Positions 27,132 through 37,709 of a stretch of DNA of 64,000 nt are shown here, in pieces; the stretch's first letter is position 1; each line of letters begins with the position of its first letter. The notes under the pieces are model-generated. The model did not search any database and was not told where the DNA came from. It worked only from the letters and a program-made list of their open reading frames with translations. Position numbers and translations under genes: made by a program. The DNA lies in assembly GCA_016235455.1 (NCBI GenBank), contig JACRKZ010000021.1, forward strand, positions 1-64,000, in the 5' to 3' direction. The stretch comes from Armatimonadota bacterium. GTDB lineage: Bacteria; Armatimonadota; UBA10988.

Positions 27132-28877
27132 GTGAAGGGGGCCGACGAGGCCAGGAAGATCCGTTTGCGAGCCGCCGAGGCTCTACTGCCTGCGTTTGCC
27201 TGGGTGCTAGGCGGCCAGGCGTGGCGTCTGGCCGTCGGCTCGCTGGCCCATGCCACGCTCACGCCGTGGCTGGTCGTGGGTGTGGCGGCGGTGTTCCTGC
27301 CGGTCCTGGCCGCGCCCAGTCTGACGCGGCACCATACCGCGCCGCGCGCGGCGGCGGGTGCGGCGCTGGTGCTGGGCGGGCTGCGGCTGACGGCGGCGCT
27401 GGTCGGCCCGGCGCTGGCTGGCGCTTACGGCTGGCTTGGTCTGGCGGCATTCGCCCTCTACCTGGCCCTGTGGCCGGCGGCCTGCCCGTCGCGCCGACAG
27501 GCGGGCCATGCCCTGATGCTCGGTCTGAGCCTGCAGCTGGTGGACCGCATCCTCACTGCCACGCTCGACCTGGCCTGGCGCCCTGGCTGGTGGGCCATGG
27601 TCAGTGCGCTGCTGCTCACCGCGCCGGCACTGATCGTGGCCCGCGATGGGCTGCGCGCCGAGCCGGGCGAGCCGCGCCGCTCCCCGCTGCCGCTGGCCAT
27701 GCCACTGGTGCTCCTGGCCTGCTCCGTGGCGGTCAGCCATCCCACCCGACTGAGCGAGCCCCTGGGGTTGAGCCTGCCCACCACCTTCTGGGTCATGGCG
27801 CTAAGCATCGTCGTCGGCATGGCCGTGGCCGGCCTGACTGACCAGTTCCTCAAGAGCCTGGCCGCGCGCAGCCGCACGCGGCCGGCGCGGCTGCGCGCGG
27901 CCTATCAGGCCTGGCGGACGACTCTGACGGTGATCGCCGTGGTCGGTCTGCTGAGCGGCGCGCAGTGGGCCTTGCGCGCGGCCGTGGTGGTCGGACCGAC
28001 GGTGGTGGCCATCAACCTGGCAGCCCTGCTGCGCGCGCGGCCGATCGGGCGCGACCGGCTCATCGGCGGCGTGCTGCCGCTCCTGAGCTGGTGGCTGACG
28101 ATCGCTCTGGCCGCGCAGTCGAACGATCATTTCTGGCCAGCGGCCGTGGCCCTGGCGCTGCTCTATGGTTATGCCACAGTGTCGCTGCTCAACCAGGAGC
28201 GCGTCGACCCGACACACGAGCGCGTGGAGCACTGGACGCTGCTGGGCCACGCCCTGCTGCTCGTTGTGGCCGCCTGGCCGGCTCTGGCGCGCGTGGCACC
28301 GCCGGCCGCGCATGTGCTGGCGGGCGATCGGCTCACCGTCGCCGTGGTCGACGCCGCCGGCACGCCGCGCTCGGTGGCACGGCGTCTGGCGGCGGTCAGC
28401 GCGGCCCGGCCTGACCTGGTCATGCTGCTGGGCGACCGGCGCGGCTCAGGCTTGCGCTTCGATGATTCCGCCTGGTGGTTGAGCCGCAGTCTGGGACTGA
28501 CCGTGCGCCTGCAGAGCCGCGGCGACCTCGCGCTGCTGGCCCGCGTGGCCCCGCTGGAGACCAGCGTCGTGGGGGCCAATGCCATGGCCGGTCTGTGGCC
28601 CCTGTCCGGCGACAACGGTCTGGCTGCCGCAGTCCTCGATGCGCCCGAACGCGAGAGCACGACGATCGAGCAGGTGCTGCCCTCGCTGGCGCCTTGGCCG
28701 CGCCGACTGCTGGCCGGCCGGGTGGCCGACGGTACGCCGCCGCCGCCAGGCTACGACGACCTGCTCGCGGGTGAGCCGTGCGAGTTGGTCCTGTGGGGCG
28801 CCGGCGGCGTCGCCGCCAATGTCGTGGCCCGCCCGGAGCTGGGCGTAGTGTGCGTGGAAGTGGTGGTCGAACCCTAG
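27132..28877 (+). CDS. polytopic membrane protein with a degenerate C-terminal EEP-like domain
   Basis: About 12 hydrophobic segments, then LTVAVVD…RPDLVMLLG…WLSRSLGL…DLALLAR, resembling the endonuclease/exonuclease/phosphatase scaffold. Confidence 0.6.
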   Translation: MKGADEARKIRLRAAEALLPAFAWVLGGQAWRLAVGSLAHATLTPWLVVGVAAVFLPVLAAPSLTRHHTAPRAAAGAALVLGGLRLTAALVGPALAGAYGWLGLAAFALYLALWPAACPSRRQAGHALMLGLSLQLVDRILTATLDLAWRPGWWAMVSALLLTAPALIVARDGLRAEPGEPRRSPLPLAMPLVLLACSVAVSHPTRLSEPLGLSLPTTFWVMALSIVVGMAVAGLTDQFLKSLAARSRTRPARLRAAYQAWRTTLTVIAVVGLLSGAQWALRAAVVVGPTVVAINLAALLRARPIGRDRLIGGVLPLLSWWLTIALAAQSNDHFWPAAVALALLYGYATVSLLNQERVDPTHERVEHWTLLGHALLLVVAAWPALARVAPPAAHVLAGDRLTVAVVDAAGTPRSVARRLAAVSAARPDLVMLLGDRRGSGLRFDDSAWWLSRSLGLTVRLQSRGDLALLARVAPLETSVVGANAMAGLWPLSGDNGLAAAVLDAPERESTTIEQVLPSLAPWPRRLLAGRVADGTPPPPGYDDLLAGEPCELVLWGAGGVAANVVARPELGVVCVEVVVEP

Positions 28878-31800
28878 CTCACGGGCTGCCCATCCATGAC
28901 GCCGCTGACTGCGCCACGCAGTTCCTCGAGTGTGAACGGCTTGCCCAGCACCCGGTCCACCCCGAGCGGCTGTTCGCCGCCGGCGTCCATGAGCGCGCCG
29001 AACCCCGTGAGCATGAGGACGGGCGTGGCCGGCGACTGCTCCTTCACCGCGCGCGCCAACTGGTCTCCGTTGACCACCGGCATGGCCCGGTCGGTGATGA
29101 CCAGGTCGAACGTCTCCGAGGCGAAGGCCTCCAGCGCCACGCGCCCGTTGGGCGCCAGTACCACGCTATGGCCGTCATACTGCAGGAACTCGCTGAGCAG
29201 GTCGCGCAGGTCAGGCTCATCGTCGGCCACCAGCACGCGCAGCGAGCCGCCCGCGGGGCCGGCGGAGGCGCGGGACACCACATCCGGCGCGGCGTCCGCG
29301 TGGTAGGGTAGCCGGAGCACGACGGTCGTGCCCTGGCCCGGCTGGCTCATGACGTCGATGGCACCAGCATGGCGCCGCACGATGGTCAGCACGGCGACCA
29401 GGCCGAGTCCGCAGCCGGGCTCGTCCTTGGTCGAGTAGAGCGGTTCAAAGCACAGCCGCTGCGCCGCGGCGTCCATGCCGACCCCATCATCACCGACCGA
29501 CAGGCGCACCTCGTTGCCCACGCGGCGGCAGCCGGCGACAATGCGCCCCGTGGGTCCGCCGCGCGATTCGATGGCGTCGGTGGCGTTGAGCAACAGGTTC
29601 AGCAGCGCCTCGTGCAGCTCGGCAGCGTGCGCCGGCAGCGGCTCCACGGGGTCGAACTCGGTGACGACCTCGATGGTGATCCCGGCGGCCAGAGCCTGGT
29701 CCCGCCAGCGCGGCTGGGCCAGGGCGATGGCATGTCGGAAGGCCTCGACCGGGTCGACCATGCCGGCCTCTTCGCCGTCGGGCCGCTGGCGGTAGAGCTC
29801 GCGCAGGCGGCGTACCACGTCGCTCGCCTCGTGGGCGCCCTTGAGGATCAACCCAAGATAGCGCCGCACCCGCGCGCGATCGTCGAGCACGCCGTCGGTC
29901 AGCATGATCTCGGCGAAGCCCATGACCGGCGAGAGGGCGTTGTTGATGTCGTGGGCAATGCCACTGGCCATGGTGCCCAGGGCGCGTAGCCGTTCCTGGG
30001 CGATGACCTGGCTCTGGGTAACGCGCAGGTCCTCATAGGCCTGCTGCAACTCGCGCGTGCGGTCGGCGACGGCCGCTTCGAGCGTCTCCTGCGACCGATG
30101 CAACGCCGCCTCGGCCTGCTTGCGCGCGGTGTTGTCGAAGAAGCTCTCCACCAGGTAGCGGCGCCCCTCGAGCTCGACTGGCACGACGGTCTTGACCACT
30201 GGCACCGACAGGCCCGCTGCCGTGAGCACGGTGCGCTCCGCGGCATCGACCGCCTGGCCCAGGTCGGTCACCGGGCAACGGCCCTGCGCGCTGGGGCAGA
30301 TGAAGCGATGGCAGACCTGCCCGACAATGCGTGAGGCTTCCGCGCCAAACATGGCCAGCGCCACGGGGTTGGCGTCGGCGATGGTGTGCGTCTCGGCATC
30401 GATGACGACGATGCCGGCGGGCACCTGCTCGAAGATGGTGCGGTTCCAGGCCTCGCTGGCCTGCAGTTGGTCGATGGCGGCCTCGCGCGAGATGGCGGCG
30501 CCCAGGACGTTGGCCGCCGCCTTGAGCGCGTCGAGCTCGGCGCGCGAGAACTCGCGGTCGGCCATGAGGTCGTCGAAACCCAGACAGCCCCACAGCTCAT
30601 CGGCCACGAAGACCGGCACCAGGGCCATGGCGCGGATGCCATGCGCGCTGAGTTGGGCGCGCTGCTCGGCCGGGAACTCCGCGAGCCGGCCACACACCGA
30701 CTCGCCGGCCAACAGTCGCGCCTGCCACCAGACCAGGAAGTCGGCGGCCATGGCCCGGTCGAGTTCGGCGCCGGGGCTGCGCGACCAGGTCCAGCCTGGC
30801 TGCGCCTCGCTCGTGGACACCGGCATCAGATGGACGCGACTCACCGCGCACGCCGCGCCGAGCTCGGCCAGCAGACTGTCGACGCGATCGATCCAGCGCC
30901 GACCAGTGAGCAGTCGTTCGGCGAACTCGGCCACCACGCCCAGCAACTGGTCGCGCGCCAGCAACTGCACCATGGCCCGTGAGCGCCGACCCATCTCACG
31001 GTCGGTGGCCTCGCGTAGGCGCCGCTCTTCGGCGGCGCTCAAGCCTTGGCGCAGCGCCACCAGCGACACCACCACGACCACGCCCGCCGCGGCTACGCCG
31101 CCGGCGAGTTCCGGCGCCAGGTGGGGCGCCAAAGCCAACGCCGCCATGGCCAGACAGACGAAGGCGTAGGGCAACAACTCGAACCAGGCGAACGCCGGCG
31201 GCTCGGCTTCGCTCCGGCTCGGCCCGCGCAGCCGCCACCAAGCGGCGGCGATAAACAGCGTCTGCGCCAGGGGATAAATGACCGTGGCCGCGCGCACCCA
31301 CTGCGCCTGCATGCTCGCCTCGCCCTGGGCAAAGACCATGTCAGCGGCGCCCTGGCACAGCGTGGCCGCCGCCAGCGCCATCATCGCCAGCCGCGGCTCG
31401 CCAGGACGAGCGGGCTGCACAAGCAGCAGCAGGGCGCTCTGGATGAGCAACAGATCGAGCAGCGGGTAGAGCAGGCCCAGGACGGTGGGCATCTGGTTGC
31501 CCGCCGCGCCGTTCAGCGAGGGGTACACGTAGACCACGCCAACCAGCAAGAAGCCGGAGATGGTCATGATGGCGCCGTCCACCGTACGCCTGACGCGGGC
31601 CGAGCCGGTGGGGGGCGCCTGCCGCATGGCCGCCAAGGCGATGAGCGCGGGCACGAACTGCAGTACATAGAACACATCGGCGACCGAGGGGAACGGCGAC
31701 CGGCGCGCCACGACCTCGATCCACAGCCAGCAGGCATCGCCCACGGCCCACACGAACTGCGAGCCCGCCAACCACCGCCACGCGCGCCGGCTGGCGGGGT

Positions 31801-31990
31801 CATCGAGGGCGTTGGCGGCAAGCCACAGGGCGGTGGCCGCCACCCAGGGCGAGAGCGACTGCAAGACGGCGGTGACCGACGGAGCGGCGCCAGCCAGGGC
31901 GCACGCCAACATCACCACAAACAGCCCGGCATTGGCCGCCAGCGCTGTCGTTACCGCCTTGGGTTGCTCGCCTGAGAAGTCCGCCATCAT
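28874..31990 (-). CDS. membrane-bound hybrid sensor histidine kinase (TM-GAF-PAS-HisKA-HATPase-REC)
   Basis: GIAHDINNAL, NLLLNATDA, DDGVGM and GLGL; receiver ADDE…DRAMP…GKP; start may be GTG 32005. Confidence 0.93.
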   Translation of the reverse strand: MMADFSGEQPKAVTTALAANAGLFVVMLACALAGAAPSVTAVLQSLSPWVAATALWLAANALDDPASRRAWRWLAGSQFVWAVGDACWLWIEVVARRSPFPSVADVFYVLQFVPALIALAAMRQAPPTGSARVRRTVDGAIMTISGFLLVGVVYVYPSLNGAAGNQMPTVLGLLYPLLDLLLIQSALLLLVQPARPGEPRLAMMALAAATLCQGAADMVFAQGEASMQAQWVRAATVIYPLAQTLFIAAAWWRLRGPSRSEAEPPAFAWFELLPYAFVCLAMAALALAPHLAPELAGGVAAAGVVVVVSLVALRQGLSAAEERRLREATDREMGRRSRAMVQLLARDQLLGVVAEFAERLLTGRRWIDRVDSLLAELGAACAVSRVHLMPVSTSEAQPGWTWSRSPGAELDRAMAADFLVWWQARLLAGESVCGRLAEFPAEQRAQLSAHGIRAMALVPVFVADELWGCLGFDDLMADREFSRAELDALKAAANVLGAAISREAAIDQLQASEAWNRTIFEQVPAGIVVIDAETHTIADANPVALAMFGAEASRIVGQVCHRFICPSAQGRCPVTDLGQAVDAAERTVLTAAGLSVPVVKTVVPVELEGRRYLVESFFDNTARKQAEAALHRSQETLEAAVADRTRELQQAYEDLRVTQSQVIAQERLRALGTMASGIAHDINNALSPVMGFAEIMLTDGVLDDRARVRRYLGLILKGAHEASDVVRRLRELYRQRPDGEEAGMVDPVEAFRHAIALAQPRWRDQALAAGITIEVVTEFDPVEPLPAHAAELHEALLNLLLNATDAIESRGGPTGRIVAGCRRVGNEVRLSVGDDGVGMDAAAQRLCFEPLYSTKDEPGCGLGLVAVLTIVRRHAGAIDVMSQPGQGTTVVLRLPYHADAAPDVVSRASAGPAGGSLRVLVADDEPDLRDLLSEFLQYDGHSVVLAPNGRVALEAFASETFDLVITDRAMPVVNGDQLARAVKEQSPATPVLMLTGFGALMDAGGEQPLGVDRVLGKPFTLEELRGAVSGVMDGQPVS

Positions 31991-32083
31991 TTGTGTCGCT
32001 GCCACAGTATGCGCCTTTGGCGGCTCCGAGACCAGCCCTCACCGCGACACGTGGTAGAATCGACCGCGCAGCGGGAGACCGAC

Positions 32084-32752
32084 GTGCCGCGGCCGTACCA
32101 GGAGCACTTACGGCGAGCACCGACGATATGTGGCCGGCAGGCCGTGCTGGCCAGCGTCACCGTTGCGCCGGCGGCCGCATTGATCGCGCTGCTCACCACG
32201 CCGCAGGCGTTCGTCTTCATCTGGCTGACGCTGTTTCTGGGCTGGCAACTCCAGTTCGGCATTCTGGCGGGCAATCGCGCCCTGCGCAACGCGGTGGCCG
32301 AGCGGCTGGCCTCGTTTGGCCATGCTGTCGAGACCGGACACGACCGCTTCGTGGGCCTGGCCTATCCCTGCTACTTCGGACACGAGCGCCGCGCGGTGGA
32401 GACCGATGATGACGTCGGCTTCCTCACCGTCGATGCGCGCGGGCTGGTCTTTTTGGGGGACGGCCTTGACTTCGTGGTTCCCGCCGAGCAGATCGCCGAC
32501 GTGCGGCTGGTGCGCGACGCCAACACGTTCTTCCTCTCCAACCGGGTCGAGGTCGAGACACGAGACGGCGAGCCGCAGGACACGATCGTTTTCGACTCGC
32601 GCGACCATGCCGCGCACAGCGCCTGCAATCGCGACAACAGGCGCTTGGCCAGCGAGATACGCGCGATCATGCCACGGGCGCAGCGCGCGCGACTGACGGC
32701 TACGGCCGAGGCCACCTTGGCGGAGGACGACTGCGTGACAAGCACGCGGTGA
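32084..32752 (+). CDS. hypothetical membrane protein
   Basis: TGgTAGAAT, GGAG RBS and GTG; two TM segments followed by a beta-rich soluble domain. Confidence 0.7.
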   Translation: MPRPYQEHLRRAPTICGRQAVLASVTVAPAAALIALLTTPQAFVFIWLTLFLGWQLQFGILAGNRALRNAVAERLASFGHAVETGHDRFVGLAYPCYFGHERRAVETDDDVGFLTVDARGLVFLGDGLDFVVPAEQIADVRLVRDANTFFLSNRVEVETRDGEPQDTIVFDSRDHAAHSACNRDNRRLASEIRAIMPRAQRARLTATAEATLAEDDCVTSTR

Positions 32753-32823
32753 CCTTCCTTTACAAGCATCCGTGGGGTGCTATGCTGAACCTGGGAACGC
32801 ATTTGGCAAGGAGGCGAACCGAC

Positions 32824-34827
32824 GTGGCCGGAGATGCAACATCGCGCCTGACGCTGTACCTGTCGCCGGGCGCCCATGTGGCGCTTCCCGCCGAGACCCT
32901 GGGCGACCTGCGGCAGGTGGCCCTGGCACCTGGCGAGCAGCCGCCTGTGTCCAACGGCGCCGGCGTCTGGCTGGTCGGTGCTGGTCAGTTCGGCGGCGAC
33001 GCAGCGGGCGTTTCGCAGGCGCTCGAGGCGCTCGACGTCTCGGACCATTTCGCCATCGTGCTGGCCGCCAACGCCGAGCAGACGCTGCTGACCCGCGCCG
33101 CCGACGAGCGCGTCTTCGCCTTCCTCGATCCATCGGCGCCCCAGCATCTGCAGGCCAAGGTGCTGCGGTCGGCGCTCAACTCCGTGCGCATCACCGCGCA
33201 ACACGAGGATCTGGCCGGCGGGCTGCAAAGCCGCGACCGGCAACTGCGCGAACTCAATCAGATCGGTGTGGCGCTCTCGGCCGAACGCAACGTCGACTCC
33301 TTGCTGGCCATGATCCTGTCCAAGGCTCGCGAAATCACCTGCGCCGATGCCGGCAGCCTCTATCTGCTCGAGCCCGGCGCGCCCGGCGAGTTCCACCTAC
33401 GCTTCAAGCTGAGTCAGAACGACAGCTTCGACCTGAACTACACCGAGTTCACCATGCCGCTGGACACCCAGAGCCTGGCCGGCTACACCGGCACGACGGG
33501 CGAGGTGCTGCGGCTGGAGGATGTCTATCACCTGCCCGCGGACGTACCGTACTCGTTCTCGCGCTCGTGGGACGAGGAGCATGGCTACCGCACCCGCAGC
33601 ATGTTGGTCGTGCCCATGGCCAACAACAAGGGCGAAGTGCGCGGCGTGCTGCAACTGATCAACCGCAAGCCCGCGCGCGAGGTGAAGCTGGCGCAGCCGG
33701 CGGACTTCGAAGAGCAGGTCATCGGCTTCGACCTGCTGAGTGAGCAATTGGTGGGCTCGCTGGCCAGCCAGGCCGCGGTGGCGCTGGAGAACCAGATCCT
33801 CCTGCGCAACATCTCGGGCATCTTCGAAGGCGTGCTGATGAGCTGGGTGAAGGCGGTTGAAGACCGCGATCCAGCCACCGCCGGCCATAGCCACCGCGTC
33901 ACCACGCTGACTCTGGCCCTGGCGCGTCAGGTCAACCGCACGACCACTGGCCCGTATGCCGACGCCCACTTCACCCAGCAGCAACTCGAGGAATTGCGTT
34001 ACGCCGGTCTGCTGCACGATATCGGCAAGATCTACGTGCGCGCCGAAGTCTTCCTCAAGGCCAAGAAGCTCTATGGCCACCACCTCAAGCTCATTGAGGA
34101 GCGCTTTGACTTCGTCCGGCGCACGCTGGAGGCCGAGTACAACCGGCGCAAGCTCGACCTGATGCTGGTCCATCCCGGCATGGACATGAGCCAGCGCTTC
34201 AGCGAGATCGATACGGCCCACCGCCGCGAACTCGACGTGCTCAACGACTATTTCGACACGATCCTGACCGCCAACGAGCCTTCGGTGCTGGCCGAGGGCG
34301 GGTTCGACCGCCTGGCCGAGGTATCAGCGCGCACCTATGAGGACATCTACGGCAACAACCGCAAGCTGCTCTCGCCAGAGGAGCTGCAACTGCTGAGCAT
34401 TCGTCGAGGCAACCTGGACGAAGAGGAGCGGCGCGAGATCGAGTCGCACGTGGAGTGGAGCTACCGCATCCTGTCGCGCATCCCGTGGAGCCCGGAGCTG
34501 CAGAACATCCCGTTCATCGCCTGGGCGCACCACGAGAAGCTCGATGGCTCGGGCTACCCGCAAGGCCTGCGCAGCGAGCAGATCCCGCTCGGCGCCAAGA
34601 TGATGACCATCGCCGACATTTACGACGCGCTGACCGCGGCCGACCGGCCCTACAAGAAGGCGCAGTCCATTGAGAGTGCGCTGCGCATTCTGGAGTACGA
34701 ACGCAACGACGGGCACATCGACAGCGATCTCTTCGCCATGTTCGTCGACAATCAGATCTACCGGCTGGCCCATGTTCAGGGAGCGGAGCAACTGGCGGAT
34801 CGTCTGGTCTATGAGGACGTTACATGA
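32824..34827 (+). CDS. GAF + HD-GYP cyclic dinucleotide phosphodiesterase
   Basis: AAGGAGG RBS; GAF (YRTRSMLVVPM…QLINRK); LHDIGK, HHEKLDGSGYP and DIYDALT..RPYK. Confidence 0.92.
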   Translation: MAGDATSRLTLYLSPGAHVALPAETLGDLRQVALAPGEQPPVSNGAGVWLVGAGQFGGDAAGVSQALEALDVSDHFAIVLAANAEQTLLTRAADERVFAFLDPSAPQHLQAKVLRSALNSVRITAQHEDLAGGLQSRDRQLRELNQIGVALSAERNVDSLLAMILSKAREITCADAGSLYLLEPGAPGEFHLRFKLSQNDSFDLNYTEFTMPLDTQSLAGYTGTTGEVLRLEDVYHLPADVPYSFSRSWDEEHGYRTRSMLVVPMANNKGEVRGVLQLINRKPAREVKLAQPADFEEQVIGFDLLSEQLVGSLASQAAVALENQILLRNISGIFEGVLMSWVKAVEDRDPATAGHSHRVTTLTLALARQVNRTTTGPYADAHFTQQQLEELRYAGLLHDIGKIYVRAEVFLKAKKLYGHHLKLIEERFDFVRRTLEAEYNRRKLDLMLVHPGMDMSQRFSEIDTAHRRELDVLNDYFDTILTANEPSVLAEGGFDRLAEVSARTYEDIYGNNRKLLSPEELQLLSIRRGNLDEEERREIESHVEWSYRILSRIPWSPELQNIPFIAWAHHEKLDGSGYPQGLRSEQIPLGAKMMTIADIYDALTAADRPYKKAQSIESALRILEYERNDGHIDSDLFAMFVDNQIYRLAHVQGAEQLADRLVYEDVT

Positions 34828-35615
34828 GGGTGAGGACCGAGCCGAGGCCGATCATCAAGACCGCTGAGGAACTGGACAAGATGCGCGCCGCCAACCGCCT
34901 GGCGCGCGCCGTGCTGGCCGAGATGGGCCGCCGCATCCTGCCCGGTGCGACCACCATGGACCTGGAGACCGAGGCCCGGCGTATGACCGAGGAGGCCGGC
35001 GCCAAGGGCGCGTTCTACCAGTATCGCGTGGGCGACAAGGTCTACCCGTACTACCTGTGCACGTCGGTCAACGACTGTGTCGTCCACGGCTTCCCCGACG
35101 ACCGTCCGCTGCAGGCCGGCGACCTGGTCAGCGTCGACTACGGGTGCGTGCTCGACGGCTTCGTTGGCGACACCGCCTGGACCTGGTGCGTGGGCGAGCC
35201 GAGCCCCGACGCCAAACACCTCATGGACGTGACACGCGAGGCGCTCTACCGCGGCATCGCCATGGCCCAGCCGGGCCGCCGCGTGTTCGACGTGGCCCGT
35301 GAGATCCAGACCTGGTGCGAGTCCAACGGCTGCGGCGTGGTGCGCGCCCTGGTCGGCCACGGCGTCGGCCGCCGCATGCACGAGCCGCCGCAGGTGCCCA
35401 ACTACGCCGCGCCCGAGAGCCGCCGCGACCGCCTGCGCGCGGGCATGACCATCTGCATCGAGCCCATGATCACCGCCGGCACCCACGAAGTCTATGAGCC
35501 GGCGGGCAAATGGGATGTGCTCACCCGCGACGGCTCGTTGGCCGCGCACTATGAGCACTGCATCGCGATCCTCGACGATGGGCCCGAGATCCTGAGCGTG
35601 CCCGAAGACATCTAG
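34824..35615 (+). CDS. map: methionine aminopeptidase type I
   Basis: CTSVNDCVVHGFP, GDTA, GHGVG..MHEPP, IEPMI and AHYEH. Confidence 0.96.
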   Translation: MRVRTEPRPIIKTAEELDKMRAANRLARAVLAEMGRRILPGATTMDLETEARRMTEEAGAKGAFYQYRVGDKVYPYYLCTSVNDCVVHGFPDDRPLQAGDLVSVDYGCVLDGFVGDTAWTWCVGEPSPDAKHLMDVTREALYRGIAMAQPGRRVFDVAREIQTWCESNGCGVVRALVGHGVGRRMHEPPQVPNYAAPESRRDRLRAGMTICIEPMITAGTHEVYEPAGKWDVLTRDGSLAAHYEHCIAILDDGPEILSVPEDI

Positions 35616-35684
35616 AGTCATTGAGCACCTTGAAGGACGCCGTTGCCTGGCGTCGAACCTCGATGGTAGAGGGGAGACAAAACA

Positions 35685-36125
35685 ATGTACCAGGCGCAAT
35701 CCGGCGTAGACGCCCAGCGCGTCGTCAGTATCGCTCGGGCCCTGCGGATGCTGCTCTGCTGGTTTGGCGTCCGCATGCTGGTCGCCATCACCGTCGGTGT
35801 GACGGTCGCCTCGGCGGCGCAGTCGTCCGACACGGTCGGTGCTCTGCCGCGGGTGCTCTCGCTGGTCTCGTGGGTACTCCTGCTGGTCGTGCTCTACTGG
35901 ACCTACCGCCTGGCGCAGGCCCTGGACAAGCCCGGCGTGGTGTGGGTCCTCCTGATGTTCGTGCCGTTGGTCAACCTGATCTGCCTGCTCGTCCTCAACG
36001 ACAACGCCTGCAAGGCGATGCGCGCGGCAGGTCTGAGCGTCGGGCTGCTGGGACCGAACAAGGCCGAACTCGACCGCTACGAGCGCACCCATCGGGCCGA
36101 GAGGCCGGCCGAGCCCGGTCTCTGA
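35685..36125 (+). CDS. hypothetical membrane protein
   Basis: GGAG RBS; 3-4 TM segments; FVPLVNLI…VGLLGP. Confidence 0.75.
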   Translation: MYQAQSGVDAQRVVSIARALRMLLCWFGVRMLVAITVGVTVASAAQSSDTVGALPRVLSLVSWVLLLVVLYWTYRLAQALDKPGVVWVLLMFVPLVNLICLLVLNDNACKAMRAAGLSVGLLGPNKAELDRYERTHRAERPAEPGL

Positions 36126-36141
36126 CTGTCGTCTACAGGCC

Positions 36142-36891
36142 CTATTTCGCCATGACCGGCTCAGCGCTGACCGAGCGCGCCACCGGGCACTTGGCGTAGA
36201 GCGCCTCGACCACCAGATCAGCGCACGCTGGCACACCAAGTGTCGCCGTATTGACCTCCAAGTCGAACGGGCAGTTCTCGCCTGGGCGGGCCGGGAAGGT
36301 GCGGTGCAGCCAGCCCTCGCTGGCCTTGTCGAGCTTGTCGAGCTTGGCGTGCGCCAGATGACGCGGCAGGCCCTCGGCCTCTGCCAGCCAGGCCACGCGT
36401 TGCTCCATGGGTGCGAAGACCCGTACGCGCAGGCCTTGCTCGGCGGGCAGCACGCGGTGCGCGCCACGGCCCACCACGACCACGCGACCCATCTTTCCCA
36501 GCCCAGACAGCACGCGCAACAGCGAGCGGGTGTACTCGTGGACCTCGGCCGCGCCGTGGCCCATCAGGCCGGCCACCCACTCATCGATCTGGCCCAGTGC
36601 ACGCTCGTCGAAACGCTGCAAGATGCGGCTCTGCAGATGCGCGTCGGCGGCCACGGCCTCGAGCAACTCACGGTCATAGAGCGCCCACTCGAGGCGCTTG
36701 GCGACCGCCTCCGCCACGGCCGAGCCCTGCGAACCATGCTGGCGCGAAATGGCTACGTACGGCGCCGACGAGTGGGCAGGCTGGTCGTCGGGGCGTGTCT
36801 CGGCCCCACGGGCCGCGGCCTGCAGAGCGTTGTACATGCGCATATGGCGATCGACCAGATGCGCGGCTTGGCCGCCGGTGAGCTTGGGCAT
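36142..36891 (-). CDS. cytidylate kinase-like family protein
   Basis: VAISRQHGSQG..VA..VA..L….YDRE, VVVGRGA and FDLEVNT. Confidence 0.88.
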   Translation of the reverse strand: MPKLTGGQAAHLVDRHMRMYNALQAAARGAETRPDDQPAHSSAPYVAISRQHGSQGSAVAEAVAKRLEWALYDRELLEAVAADAHLQSRILQRFDERALGQIDEWVAGLMGHGAAEVHEYTRSLLRVLSGLGKMGRVVVVGRGAHRVLPAEQGLRVRVFAPMEQRVAWLAEAEGLPRHLAHAKLDKLDKASEGWLHRTFPARPGENCPFDLEVNTATLGVPACADLVVEALYAKCPVARSVSAEPVMAK

Positions 36892-36980
36892 CGGAGTCCT
36901 CCTACGTAGCAGTAGAGACTCGGATGGCCAGGACTGGCTACATGCCGATCTTGCGTGTTCGTTGCAGGCGACGGCCGCGC

Positions 36981-37709
36981 TCAGACACCGAGCATGCCGC
37001 TCAGGCCGTCCAGCACCAACTGCACAGCTTCGGCCGGGTCGTCCGTGACTCGGAACAGACCCATGTCGGCCGGCGCGATGCAGCCGGCGCCGGCCACTGA
37101 CGTGCGCAGCCAGTCGAGCAGGCCGGCCCAATAGGCACTGCCGAACAGCACCACGGGGAAGTGGCGGATGGTGTCCGTCTGCACCAGCGTCAGCGACTCG
37201 AACAACTCGTCGACCGTACCGAACCCGCCGGGGAAGACCACGAAGCCCGACGAGTACTTGACGAACATGGTCTTGCGCACGAAGAAGTAGTGGAAGCGCA
37301 GGCTGAGGTGCTGCCAATGGTTCGCCGTCTGCTCGAACGGCAGATGGATGTTGAGGCCGACGCTCTTGCCGCCGGCCTCAAAGGCGCCCTTGTTGCCGGC
37401 CTCCATGATGCCCGGTCCCCCCCCGGTAATGACGGTGAAGCCGGCCTGCGCCAGCAGCGCGGCGGTCTGCTCGGCGGCCTGGTAGTATTCGTGGCCGGGC
37501 GCCAGGCGCGCCGAACCGAACAGGCTGATCGCCGGCCGGACCCGGCACAACTGCTCGAATCCCGTGACGAACTCGCTCATGATGCGGAACACACGCCAGG
37601 TGTCTTCCTGCACGAAGTCGGCGCTCTGGCGCTCGGTACCGAGCAGTTCGGCGTCGCCGCTGTCGGTGCGGCGCGGTCGGTAGCTCGTGGTCCTCTCGAT
37701 CTCGCTCAT
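36981..37709 (-). CDS. LOG family nucleotide phosphoribohydrolase (TIGR00730-like)
   Basis: FGSAR, TGGGPGIMEA, FFVRK and PGGFGTVDE. Confidence 0.93.
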   Translation of the reverse strand: MSEIERTTSYRPRRTDSGDAELLGTERQSADFVQEDTWRVFRIMSEFVTGFEQLCRVRPAISLFGSARLAPGHEYYQAAEQTAALLAQAGFTVITGGGPGIMEAGNKGAFEAGGKSVGLNIHLPFEQTANHWQHLSLRFHYFFVRKTMFVKYSSGFVVFPGGFGTVDELFESLTLVQTDTIRHFPVVLFGSAYWAGLLDWLRTSVAGAGCIAPADMGLFRVTDDPAEAVQLVLDGLSGMLGV

